The position numbers were made by a program, and so were the translations under genes. A DNA stretch of 64,000 bases from Candidatus Eremiobacteria bacterium (GTDB lineage Bacteria; Vulcanimicrobiota; Vulcanimicrobiia; Vulcanimicrobiales; Vulcanimicrobiaceae). The DNA is taken from NCBI GenBank assembly GCA_963737065.1, contig CAVTRC010000002.1, forward strand, positions 160,001 through 224,000. The letters are read 5' to 3'. Positions within the stretch are counted from its first letter, which is position 1. Every line of letters begins with the position of its first letter. Below, one piece after another: positions 42,616-52,099 of the stretch. Under the pieces are notes generated by a model that was not told the origin of the DNA, ran no database searches, and worked only from the letters and a program-made list of their open reading frames with translations.

Positions 42616-45132
42616 ATGATCGTAAAGGGCGAGCCCACCCATCATGTTTCCCCGGAAAAGCGACTACCGAGCTATCGCGTAAACGCCGAACGGCTCGGCA
42701 TGGCGTGCAGTCTTGGCAATTCGAGCATCTGGGTGAACACAAAAAGTACCGGCGATATCGAACGTGTCTTCTGCGTCACCGAAGGAGTGGTCGCGATCGG
42801 TTCCATTTGCGTTCGATACGGGGTTGTCGGCAGACCGTTACGCGAGCTGTGGATGCAGCACGAGGAGGATCCGAGCGGACGAATATATTCCGCGCTGAGC
42901 ACGGACGGTACGACCGTGGAATTCGAAATCCATCCCGCATATCAGCGTCGTACGTTCACGCTCGCAGGCGCATTACGCGTTGAAGAAACGACGTTTGTAC
43001 CGCTGCTTGGACATGCAGAGGCGAGAAACGATCCGCCGATCGTGTACCAACATATCCACATTCATAACATCAGCGATACCGAACACGATATCCGCGTTGC
43101 GGGGTACGCGCGGCTGCGTGGCAATACGCAGGACGATGTCCTGGCGGACATGGACGACGATGTATTGGGACTGATCGCCTATAATCGGAATAATCCGTCG
43201 CTCGTGCGCGTGTTTGCAATGACGGAAAAGCCGAGTTCTTTCGAATCGAGCTTCGACTTCGGCGCGGTCTACCACACCTCACACATGCACCCATTACGTG
43301 GAACCACGCAAGCGCACGGGGACATTTTGGGAGCGTTGCAGCTCGAAATACAGCTCCAACCGGACGAACATAGACGGTTCGCCTTCAAAGCGGCGGTCTA
43401 TGGCAACGGTACGGAAGCCGCGAAGCAAAGTTTTTCGCAAACCATTTCCGGTCGGGATGCGTTGACGGAAACGATTGGCAATCTCGAAGAAGTGATTCAC
43501 CGCTCCGAGGTCGTCACGCCCGACGAAGTGATCAATGACGGAGCATTGTGGGCGAAAGTCAACATGCGGCGCGTCATGGCGAACTATCCCACGGGGTGGC
43601 TTTTTACAAACGATCCAGGCGTAACGTCAAACGTCGTCTGTCGCGATTGCGCGTGGTTTGCCGTCGGAAACGACTACTTTATGCCGTCGTTCTCACGCTC
43701 GCTGCTCGACACGTGGGCAGAGCGGCAATACCCGTCGGGGAAACTCCCGGAATACATGGATGCCTTGTCGGGCGCCGTCGAGGACGATGGGTTGAACATC
43801 AATGACGACACGCCGCTTTTTATTATGGCGGCGAGCCATCACTACCGCTCGAGCGGCGACGTCGATTGGCTCCGACGTATCTATCCGTCGCTTGCGAAGG
43901 CCGGACGCTACATCATTTCACAGATGGACGATCGCGACCTCGTCTTTTGCTCGGCGGATGATTCGCGCGGAAACGTATGGGCGATCGCCAGTTGGCGCAA
44001 CATCATCGCGAACTACAAAATCAACGGAGCTGTAACCGAGATCAACTCCGAGTGTGTCGCCGCGCTGCTGAGCTTGGCGCATCTCTCCGAACGCATAGAC
44101 GGTGCCGCGGTCGACGCTTCCACGTTTGCCGATGCCTCGGCTCGAATCCGAAGTGCGATGGCAACGCACCTCATAAACCCCGACAGCGGTCTGTTTTATC
44201 TCAACGTGGACGTCCGCGGCAACGCGCACACCGATGTAACGGGCGATCAGATCTTCCCCGTCATGTTTCACGCGTGCGACGATGAGACGAGTTTTCGTAT
44301 CATCAGTAGACTGAACTCACCGGATTTTTGGACCGACGCGGGCCTACGAACGGCATCGGCGCTGGACCCGCTGTACGATCCGCAGGCGTATGCCGGTTTA
44401 ATCGGGGGCGTTTGGCCCGGCTTGACGTGGTGGTATGCGTTTGCGGCGGCGCGCTACCATCCGGAGTTCATGGTTAAGGCGTTGCGTTCGTCGTTCGAAC
44501 ATTATGCAAAGGATCCGCGACGGTACAACACCGTGCCGGGCCAATTCAGCGAGTGGTTCGATGGAGATTCCTTAGCAAATCGCGGAATGCGTCTAAGCCC
44601 GTGGGAGCCGCCGCGCTTCCTTTGGGCTGCCATCGAAGGCGTTTGCGGGCTCACGCTGAGCGCAGATGTGCCGCAGATCAACCCGCTGGTTCCCGAAAAT
44701 TGGAAATGGCTCGCGCTGCGGCGACTTCGGTACCACGGTCAAGAGATTGCATACTTTGCCGTCCGCGTGAAGGGCTCGTTTCAATTGTTCACAACGTGCG
44801 AGATCGATACCGCCCACCCGCACTACGTCTACGATCGCGACATCTCCGATAGCGTGCCGATGTTCTCGCGCACCTCTCGTGCGGTGGCTTTTGAACGCGA
44901 CCGCGAAATCGTTATACTTGTCGGTAACGCGGGTAACGTCACGACGAACGTTCCCATGGATCTCTCTGCCATTTTGGACGCGAGCGCCAAGTATCACACG
45001 CGCATCTACAACTCTGAACGCGACGATTGGGAAACCGACGAGGTGTTAGCACGTAATCAGATCTGCGCGGTTACGGCAACGATCGAAAGCCAGGGTTATC
45101 GGGTCCTCCACTTCACGCGCGTCGACGAGTGA
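42616..45132 (+). CDS. (alpha/alpha)6 glycoside hydrolase, amylo-alpha-1,6-glucosidase-like
   Basis: RDCAW, DDTPLFI, GLRT..DP.Y..GGVWP and FSEWFD motifs. Confidence 0.75.
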   Translation: MIVKGEPTHHVSPEKRLPSYRVNAERLGMACSLGNSSIWVNTKSTGDIERVFCVTEGVVAIGSICVRYGVVGRPLRELWMQHEEDPSGRIYSALSTDGTTVEFEIHPAYQRRTFTLAGALRVEETTFVPLLGHAEARNDPPIVYQHIHIHNISDTEHDIRVAGYARLRGNTQDDVLADMDDDVLGLIAYNRNNPSLVRVFAMTEKPSSFESSFDFGAVYHTSHMHPLRGTTQAHGDILGALQLEIQLQPDEHRRFAFKAAVYGNGTEAAKQSFSQTISGRDALTETIGNLEEVIHRSEVVTPDEVINDGALWAKVNMRRVMANYPTGWLFTNDPGVTSNVVCRDCAWFAVGNDYFMPSFSRSLLDTWAERQYPSGKLPEYMDALSGAVEDDGLNINDDTPLFIMAASHHYRSSGDVDWLRRIYPSLAKAGRYIISQMDDRDLVFCSADDSRGNVWAIASWRNIIANYKINGAVTEINSECVAALLSLAHLSERIDGAAVDASTFADASARIRSAMATHLINPDSGLFYLNVDVRGNAHTDVTGDQIFPVMFHACDDETSFRIISRLNSPDFWTDAGLRTASALDPLYDPQAYAGLIGGVWPGLTWWYAFAAARYHPEFMVKALRSSFEHYAKDPRRYNTVPGQFSEWFDGDSLANRGMRLSPWEPPRFLWAAIEGVCGLTLSADVPQINPLVPENWKWLALRRLRYHGQEIAYFAVRVKGSFQLFTTCEIDTAHPHYVYDRDISDSVPMFSRTSRAVAFERDREIVILVGNAGNVTTNVPMDLSAILDASAKYHTRIYNSERDDWETDEVLARNQICAVTATIESQGYRVLHFTRVDE

Positions 45133-45184
45133 AAGTCGTCGCTTCAGGCGGAATCCGCGGCCGGCTCGTCGTAGAAGTACGCCC

Positions 45185-45514
45185 GTGACTATGTCGCGGG
45201 TTTCTTTTGCGCATGAGAGTGAGGCGTCGCTGGCGCGGCTGTTCGATTTCTACCGTATCGCGTGGGAATACGAGCCCCGCTCCTTTCCCATCGCGTGGAA
45301 TAGCGACGGCAAAGCCGTCGCCTTTTTTACGCCCGATTTCTATCTGCCCGAATACGATCTCTATATCGAACTCACCGTAGCAAAGCCGGCGCTGAACACA
45401 CGCAAGAATCGCAAAATGCGCTTATTGCGCGAACATCATCCGCACGTTCGGGTGAAACTCTTCACGCGCCGCGACGCGGAGCGCATCTTCGCGCGCATCC
45501 CGCGAGCCGCATGA
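45185..45514 (+). CDS. Small PD-(D/E)xK nuclease-fold protein
   Basis: FAHESE..WEYEP..FTPDFYLPEYDLYIELT, coupled by ATGA to hpt. Confidence 0.65.
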   Translation: MTMSRVSFAHESEASLARLFDFYRIAWEYEPRSFPIAWNSDGKAVAFFTPDFYLPEYDLYIELTVAKPALNTRKNRKMRLLREHHPHVRVKLFTRRDAERIFARIPRAA

Positions 45515-46020
45515 TCGGCGAAGTACTCTTCGACGCTGCTGCGATCGACCGCCGCGTGCGCGAGCTCGGCGCAGCGATATCGCGGGACTACGAGGGCAAA
45601 CTGCCCGTGCTCATTGGCGTGCTCAACGCTGCCGCGCCATTTCTTGCCGACCTCACGCGTGCGGTGTCGATTCCATGTGAATTCGATGTTATCGCCGTTA
45701 CGAAATTCAGCGACGTGGAGGGGATCAAATTCCAAAAAGACACTTCAGCATCCATTGAGGGTCGGCACATTATTCTTGTCGAGGACACGGTCGACACCGG
45801 CATGACGCTCGGGTACGTAGTCAAGGCGCTGCTTGCACGCCAGCCTGCGTCTCTCGCGGTTTGCACGCTGCTAGATCGTCCTACGCGCAGAATTGCCGAT
45901 ATACAGATTAGGTACCGGGGCTTTGAGGTCCCCGATGTTTACGTGGTGGGCTACGGACTTGACTACTTGGGACGATACCGCGAACTCCAAGCGCTCTACG
46001 CGCATGGTGCCTGGCCGTGA
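45511..46020 (+). CDS. hpt: Hypoxanthine phosphoribosyltransferase-like protein
   Basis: IILVEDTVDTGMT PRPP motif and YVVGYGLDY..YREL. Confidence 0.8.
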   Translation: MIGEVLFDAAAIDRRVRELGAAISRDYEGKLPVLIGVLNAAAPFLADLTRAVSIPCEFDVIAVTKFSDVEGIKFQKDTSASIEGRHIILVEDTVDTGMTLGYVVKALLARQPASLAVCTLLDRPTRRIADIQIRYRGFEVPDVYVVGYGLDYLGRYRELQALYAHGAWP

Positions 46021-47330
46021 CTAGATGGATGCGCGCCGTCGCGGCGCTCGCTTCGCTCGTTCTCGTCCTGTTGCCGCTGCGGGGCCCCTCGCTCGAGTTG
46101 CAGTCAATCGCTCGCGCCGCGGCCGATTATAAGAACTCAAACCCGCGGCTCGAGCAGATGTTCCGCTCGGCGCTGCTCGATACGGGGAAATTGGCCGAGT
46201 ACGCGCCCGACGGCACGGCCTATATCAAAACGGGTGACATACCTGCGGAATGGCTTCGCGATGCGAGCGCGCAGGCGCGACCGTATTTATTTTTTGCGAA
46301 GGACGATCCCGACACGCGAGCGCTCTTGCGCGCGATCATCGCGCGCATGACGAAGTACTTGCAAGTCGATCCGTACGCGAATGCGTTTACGATCGACTAT
46401 CGCGTATGGGAACAGAAGTTTGAGCTCGACTCACTCGCGTATCCCGTGACGCTTGCATGGAGTTACTGGAAAACGACCGGTGATGCGTCGGTCTTCACGC
46501 CCGATTATCAGAAGGCTCTTGATTCGATCCTCGCGACGATGCAGCGCGAACAAGATCATCCGCGCGACTCGCGCTACGGTCACAAAGAGCTCTCGAACGA
46601 CGGCAGAGGCCGCCCGACCGGCTACACCGGCATGATTTGGACCGGCTTTCGCCCGTCGGATGATGCCTGCTACTACAACTTCCTCATTCCCTCGGAGATG
46701 TTCGCGGTCGTCGCACTCGGCGACATGGCGGAGATCGAACGCGACATCTATCACAACGTCATCAAGGCGAACGAAGCGAAGTCGCTGCGCGATGAGGTGC
46801 AACGCGGCATCCAGACGTACGGTCTCGTGCTCGTGCCGAAATACGGCTACATCTACGCGTACGAAGTCGACGGTCTCGGACACGCGATCCTAACGGACGA
46901 CGCGAACATTCCGAGCCTGCTGTCCGCGCCGTACATCGGCTACACCGTGCCGAACGATCGCTACTACGACAACACGCGCCGCTTCCTACTCTCGCAAGAC
47001 AATCCGTCGTTCTATCAAGGCTCCGTCGCGCGCGGCATCGGCAGCTGGCATACACCCGACCACTGGATCTGGCCGCTCGCGCTCATTATGCAAGGCTTGA
47101 CCGCAACGACGGAATCGGAAAAACAAGACGTTCTCGGCCAGCTCCTCGCGAGCGATCCGGGCGATCACCTATTGCACGAGTCGTTCGATCCGAACGACCC
47201 AAAGCGTTTCACACGTGCGGATTTCGGTTGGCCGAACGCCCTCTTCTCGGAGTTCGTGATGACGCAGCTCCAAGGCGTAAACGAAATCCCAATGGGTGAC
47301 ACGTCGGACCTAGAGTTTCGCTCAGAATAA
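46017..47330 (+). CDS. GH125-family glycoside hydrolase with signal peptide
   Basis: TGDIPAEWLRDA, WEQKFELDSL, FRPSDDA, YEVDG..DDANIPSLLS and HESF..FGWPNALF motifs. Confidence 0.9.
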   Translation: MTRWMRAVAALASLVLVLLPLRGPSLELQSIARAAADYKNSNPRLEQMFRSALLDTGKLAEYAPDGTAYIKTGDIPAEWLRDASAQARPYLFFAKDDPDTRALLRAIIARMTKYLQVDPYANAFTIDYRVWEQKFELDSLAYPVTLAWSYWKTTGDASVFTPDYQKALDSILATMQREQDHPRDSRYGHKELSNDGRGRPTGYTGMIWTGFRPSDDACYYNFLIPSEMFAVVALGDMAEIERDIYHNVIKANEAKSLRDEVQRGIQTYGLVLVPKYGYIYAYEVDGLGHAILTDDANIPSLLSAPYIGYTVPNDRYYDNTRRFLLSQDNPSFYQGSVARGIGSWHTPDHWIWPLALIMQGLTATTESEKQDVLGQLLASDPGDHLLHESFDPNDPKRFTRADFGWPNALFSEFVMTQLQGVNEIPMGDTSDLEFRSE

Positions 47331-47347
47331 TCAGTGTGGAGGCGGTC

Positions 47348-47513
47348 CCCGTATCGGGTGTGGCGTGAGCCTCACATAGCGCGCGGGGCGTGTGAGGAGG
47401 AGCGGGCGCACGATGCGCTGGAGCGACGACGAGGCGAGGCCGTTTTTTCACACGAGGTGAAAAAACGGGCGTCCCCGCGCGCTATGTGAGGCTCACGCCG
47501 CACCCGATACGGG
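47348..47513. repeat. 166 bp palindromic element with 41 bp inverted arms (MITE/REP-like)
   Basis: 47348-47388 is the reverse complement of 47473-47513 with one mismatch. Internal 12 bp hairpin CCGTTTTTTCAC/GTGAAAAAACGG. Confidence 0.85.
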
Positions 47514-47558
47514 TGCCAGGCGGAATGTTTCGCCGTTGCTTCGTACCCCACACCTGTT

Positions 47559-48809
47559 ATGGCTAAGGCGGATGTCGTCGTTGGGATTCAGTGGGGCGAC
47601 GAGGGCAAAGGGCGCATCGTTGACTTGTACGCGCGTGAATACGACATCGTCGCGCGGTTCGGCGGCGGCGATAATGCGGGGCATCAAATCAAGGTCGGCG
47701 ATACCGACATTGCGCTTCGCATCGTTCCTTCGGGTGTGCTAAATCCGCATGTAGAATTGTTTATCGGCGGCGGCACTGTCGTCAGCCTCACTGGACTGTT
47801 GGATGAGCTCGATCGGCTTGCCGCAATTGGCATCGATACTTCTCGGGTGAAGATTTCGGATCGGGCGCATATCGTGTTTCCGTATCATGGCGCGACGGAT
47901 CGCGCGACCGAACGCAGCCGGGGAAGCGCTGCGATCGGAACGACCGGACGCGGCATCGGCCCCGCGTATGTTGACAAGGTCGCGCGAAGCGGCATTACGT
48001 TCGCGGATTTGCGACGGCCGGAGGCGCTTGCCGATAAGGTTCGTGCGAACCTCAATCGTGTTGCGTCGGTCGACGGTGAAGCGCTGCCGGGGGAGGCGGA
48101 TCTCGTCGCGCAGACGCTCGCATCGGCGGCTCGGCTTGCACCGCACGTTGTGGACGGCGTTGCGTACATCCATGAAAACTTAGAGCGCAATACGCGCGTG
48201 TTGATTGAAGGTGCGCAAGGTTCGCTGTTGGATGTCGGATACGGAACGTACCCGTACGTCACGAGTTCGCATACGATCGCGGGCGGCGCGTGCACGGGGC
48301 TCGGGATCGGGCCGACCGCAATCGGACGTGTGATCGGCGTGGTGAAAGCCTACTGCACGCGCGTCGGAGCCGGGCCGTTTCCCTCGGAGTTGCACGACGG
48401 AACCGGGGAACGATTGCGCGTGGCGGGCGGCGAGTTCGGCACGGTCACCGGTCGTCCACGTCGTTGCGGATGGTTCGATGCCGTCGCCGGGAGGTACGCG
48501 GTTCGATTGAACGGACTCTCCGCCGTCGCGGTCACGAAGCTCGACGTACTCAGTGGCTTCGAGCGCATCGGCATCGTTACGGAGTACCGTATCAACGATA
48601 CACCGGCCACGTTCGCCGATGCCGGAGCAGCGGGTTTGGACGTCGTGATCGAGCAGATGGACGGATGGAGCGAACCGATTGCTGACGTGCGTTCGATCGA
48701 CGATTTGCCGCAAGCAGCCCGGCGATACATCGCCCGGATAGAAGAGCTGCTGAGCGTGCCGATCGAATTAGTTTCCGTAGGACGGGAACGGTCGCAACTC
48801 GCTCGTTGA
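47559..48809 (+). CDS. purA: Adenylosuccinate synthetase
   Basis: QWGDEGKG, GGDNAGH, IGTTGRGIGPAY, EGAQG..YGTYPYVTSS and GTVTGRPRRCGW motifs. Confidence 0.98.
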   Translation: MAKADVVVGIQWGDEGKGRIVDLYAREYDIVARFGGGDNAGHQIKVGDTDIALRIVPSGVLNPHVELFIGGGTVVSLTGLLDELDRLAAIGIDTSRVKISDRAHIVFPYHGATDRATERSRGSAAIGTTGRGIGPAYVDKVARSGITFADLRRPEALADKVRANLNRVASVDGEALPGEADLVAQTLASAARLAPHVVDGVAYIHENLERNTRVLIEGAQGSLLDVGYGTYPYVTSSHTIAGGACTGLGIGPTAIGRVIGVVKAYCTRVGAGPFPSELHDGTGERLRVAGGEFGTVTGRPRRCGWFDAVAGRYAVRLNGLSAVAVTKLDVLSGFERIGIVTEYRINDTPATFADAGAAGLDVVIEQMDGWSEPIADVRSIDDLPQAARRYIARIEELLSVPIELVSVGRERSQLAR

Positions 48810-48854
48810 GCGGCAACGGTTCGTGAAGATTTTGTGGAAGTAGGCAACCTTCGT

Positions 48855-48881
48855 TAAAGCGATTGGGACCCTTACCGATAT
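48855..48881 (+). promoter_or_regulatory. Putative sigma-28 promoter upstream of fliF
   Basis: TAAA-N15-ACCGATAT versus consensus TAAA-N15-GCCGATAA. Confidence 0.65.
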
Positions 48882-48983
48882 TCGGGATAGTAGTCTGCTG
48901 GCTCATCCAACGGACTTCTCCCACGTTGGACATGGACGTCCAGCGCTGCAGGCCAAGGTCGGCTCGAAGAATTAAGGTAGATC

Positions 48984-50675
48984 TTGGATCGTTTTACGTC
49001 CGTCTTGTCGGGCATTACGCCGCGCCTGCAGCAGATTTGGCAAAGCCAAAATCGCCAAACGCGCGTCATTTCGGTGCTCGGCATTTCCGTGCTGCTCCTC
49101 GGCATTCTCGCTTTGGGGTGGCTTGAATTCGGACGTCAGCCGGCCTACGATACGCTGTTTTCGAATCTGTCCAGCGACGACGCCGCAGCCGTGACGCAGA
49201 AGCTCAAGGACGACAAGGTTCCCTACCATCTGTCGGCCGACGGCAAAACGGTCTCCGTTCCGGAGCAGTACGTGAGCGACGAGCGGGTCGCAATCGCCGG
49301 CTCGAATATGATCAAGGGCGGCGGCACCGGTTACGAACTGTTCGATCGTACGAACTTCGGCATGACCGATTTCCAAGAAAAGATTGCGAAGACGCGCGCG
49401 GTCGAAGGCGAGCTGCAGCGCACGATCAACGGACTCGATCCGGTAGAGTCTTCGCGCGTCAATATAGCGGCGCCGGAACAATCGCTCTATACGTCGACGC
49501 AAGATCCTACGACCGCATCGGTTGCGATCAAAACGAAGCCGGGGCAGTCGCTCTCGCCGGATCAAGTGAAAGGAATTACGGCGCTCGTTTCCGGCGCCGT
49601 AGCCGGGCTCAAGCCCGAAAACGTTACGATTGTCAATCAAGACGGTCAGATTTTGCTTCCCGGCGCCGGTCCAACCGCAGCCGGCAGTGACGGGTCGAGT
49701 ACCGACGCGCTGAAACTGACGCAAGAGCAGCTTCTCGCGAAAGAACGCTACGAGTCGACGCTGCAGCAGAGCGTACAGTCGATGCTCGACGATACGCTTG
49801 GCAAAAAGCGCGCGATCGCTCGCGTTTCGACCAAAATGGACTTCGACGCGCAAACGTCGGAAAGCAAAGTCTACGCGCCGCAAGGTACGGTCCTCTCGCA
49901 GCAGACGGAGCGGGAAGCGTATAACGGAACGCAGCCGGTTCGTAATCCGGCAATGGGCGTTCCCGGTACGACGTCAAATATCGGCACCTATCAAGCGCCG
50001 GCGCAGCAGACGGCAAACGGCCGGTACAATCGTTCGAAGTCGACGACGAACTACGACATATCGGAACAGAACATCAAGCACATCAATGCGCCGGGCAAAG
50101 TGTTGCAGACGAGCGTGGCCGTTCTCGTTGATTCTTCCGCGCAAGCGACGGCCGGTACGAACGGCACGCCGCTGCCGATCGGCGCAGCGAACGCGCAGAC
50201 GTATCGGCTGACGCTCGCGAACGTGCAACAGATCCGCAATAGTGTCATTGCGGCGGCCGACTTGAACCTCGCGCAAGGCGATCAAGTTTCGGTCGAAGCG
50301 ATTCCCTTCAACCCCTCCGTAACCGCGAGCGGTTCGCCCTCTTCAGTCACGACGACGGTTCTGGGCATTCCGGTCTGGGCGTTGATTGTCGTCGGCGGTA
50401 TCGCTGCCCTCGCCGGCATCGGTCTCCTCGCGATGCGCTCGCGCCGCAAAGGGTTCATGCCGAGCATGGAGCTGCCGTCGTTCGATACGTCGCTCGCCGA
50501 GGAGCTGCCGCCGTTTGAAGAGCATCCGATTCTCGAAAGCGCTCCGGGCGTCGCCGCGCCGATTCGTTCCGCGGCGGATCTGACACGCGAGCAGATGATC
50601 GAGTACGTCACGACCGTGGCGCAAGAAACCCCTGATTCCATTGCCAAACTCGTCAAACTGTGGCTGGCGGAATAA
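48984..50675 (+). CDS. fliF: Flagellar MS-ring protein
   Basis: GYELFD..FGMTDF, RAVEGELQRTI, ASV, LVSGAVAGL..ENVTIV and a C-terminal TM plus KLWL. Confidence 0.95.
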   Translation: MDRFTSVLSGITPRLQQIWQSQNRQTRVISVLGISVLLLGILALGWLEFGRQPAYDTLFSNLSSDDAAAVTQKLKDDKVPYHLSADGKTVSVPEQYVSDERVAIAGSNMIKGGGTGYELFDRTNFGMTDFQEKIAKTRAVEGELQRTINGLDPVESSRVNIAAPEQSLYTSTQDPTTASVAIKTKPGQSLSPDQVKGITALVSGAVAGLKPENVTIVNQDGQILLPGAGPTAAGSDGSSTDALKLTQEQLLAKERYESTLQQSVQSMLDDTLGKKRAIARVSTKMDFDAQTSESKVYAPQGTVLSQQTEREAYNGTQPVRNPAMGVPGTTSNIGTYQAPAQQTANGRYNRSKSTTNYDISEQNIKHINAPGKVLQTSVAVLVDSSAQATAGTNGTPLPIGAANAQTYRLTLANVQQIRNSVIAAADLNLAQGDQVSVEAIPFNPSVTASGSPSSVTTTVLGIPVWALIVVGGIAALAGIGLLAMRSRRKGFMPSMELPSFDTSLAEELPPFEEHPILESAPGVAAPIRSAADLTREQMIEYVTTVAQETPDSIAKLVKLWLAE

Positions 50676-51767
50676 ATGAACTTCGAGGTCGAATCGCCGA
50701 TCGTCAATCTCGCCGACTTCGGATCGATGCCGGAGCCGCCGTTCGGCATCATGCCCGAGCAGCCGCAAATCGAAATTTCGGGGCCGGAAAAATCAGCGAT
50801 CTTGTTGATCACGCTCGGGCTCGAACTCTCCGCCACCATCTTCAAATTCTTGCGTCAGGACGAGGTCGAGCGGATCGTCCTCGAGATCGCGAAGATCACC
50901 ACCGTACCGATCGAAAAGCGCGACGCGGTCATCCAAGAGGCGTATCAGCGCGCGATTGCGCTCAAGTATATCAACGAAGGCGGCATCGAGTACGCCAAGG
51001 AGATTCTGGAGCGCAGCTTCGGTGCGGGTCAAGCCGACGACATGACATCGCGGCTCTTCGCGGCGCTTAAGCACGGCAATCCGCTCGAGCTCATCAAAAA
51101 AACTGAACCGGCGCAGCTGCTGCAGTTCATTCAAGACGAGCATCCTCAGACGATTGCGCTAATTCTCGTGTATATGGTCGCCGAACAAGCCGGTGCGGTG
51201 CTCTCCGCGCTGCCGCCGGATTTGCAGGCGGAAGTTGCGATGCGTATTGCAATCTTGCAGAAAACGGCACCCGAAGTACTCGAACAGCTCGACGAGCTAC
51301 TCGGACGGCGACTGCTCGTCAGCGGCGCGGACTTCGCGAAGGCGGGCGGCGTACAGTCGCTCGCGAACGTGATGAATTTCGTCGATCGCGAAACGGAAAA
51401 GAACATTCTCGACGGTTTGACAAAACGCGACCCGGAACTCGCGCAAGACGTCAAAAATCTGCTTTTCGTCTTCGAAGACATCATCAATCTCGACGACCGC
51501 TCGATTCAGCGCATTCTCAAGGAAGTCGACGGCAAGGATCTCGCGCTCGCACTCAAAGTGGCCAACGAAGAATTGCTCCAGCGCGTCTACAAAAACATGT
51601 CGTCGCGCGCTGCCGTCATGCTCAAAGAAGAGATCGAGTTGCTCGGACCGACGCGCATGCGCGACGTCGGCAAAGCGCAGCAGCAAATCGTCGACGTCAT
51701 CCGCACCCTCGAAGAAAACGGCCAAATCGTCATCGCTCGCGGTGCGAAGGACGAGAGGCTGGTGTAA
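50676..51767 (+). CDS. fliG: Flagellar motor switch protein
   Basis: KSAILLITLG, GGIEYA, EHPQTIALIL, FVFEDI and NMSSRAA motifs. Confidence 0.97.
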   Translation: MNFEVESPIVNLADFGSMPEPPFGIMPEQPQIEISGPEKSAILLITLGLELSATIFKFLRQDEVERIVLEIAKITTVPIEKRDAVIQEAYQRAIALKYINEGGIEYAKEILERSFGAGQADDMTSRLFAALKHGNPLELIKKTEPAQLLQFIQDEHPQTIALILVYMVAEQAGAVLSALPPDLQAEVAMRIAILQKTAPEVLEQLDELLGRRLLVSGADFAKAGGVQSLANVMNFVDRETEKNILDGLTKRDPELAQDVKNLLFVFEDIINLDDRSIQRILKEVDGKDLALALKVANEELLQRVYKNMSSRAAVMLKEEIELLGPTRMRDVGKAQQQIVDVIRTLEENGQIVIARGAKDERLV

Positions 51768-51800
51768 TGATGACGTTACTTCAGTTTCCCGTTTTCTTCG

Positions 51801-51924
51801 CCGGGGGCCCCACGCGTATGCGTGGGGGGCGCCCTTCGACTTCGCTCAGGACAGGCTCCGCAGCGCAGCTGCGGAGCGCCGTTCCAATGAGCGGGGTCCC
51901 CGATGTGCGAAGCACATTGGGGTG
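51801..51924. repeat. Triple-hairpin small element, copy A, with a nested REP-like CCCTTCGACTTCGCTCAGGACAGG
   Basis: Homologous to 57500-57590. Hairpins CCCCACGC-GTAT-GCGTGGGG, CTCCGCAGC-GCA-GCTGCGGAG and CCCCGATGTGC-GAA-GCACATTGGGG. Confidence 0.8.
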
Positions 51925-51925
51925 T

Positions 51926-51976
51926 AACGGTCAAATCGTCATCGCTCGCGGTGCGAAGGACGAACGCCTTGTATGA
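51926..51976 (+). repeat. Duplicate of the last 51 bp of fliG (51717-51767)
   Basis: Both copies encode NGQIVIARGAKDERLV* and all differences are synonymous. Confidence 0.92.
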
Positions 51977-52099
51977 CCGATGCAATAACGCGTTCGGCGG
52001 CGCCAGCGGTTTCGCGGTCCGCGCACGCCCTTCGGCTGCGATTCGGACAGGCCGCGGCGCCGGTTAGAACCGGTGGGGGTCCATTTGTACGGAGTACGA

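Noticed and set aside
51767..51976. 69 aa ORF coupled to the fliG stop and ending in the FliG tail
   Set aside because: It runs through palindromic repeat DNA and the in-frame join has about a 1-in-3 chance. Not called without expression data
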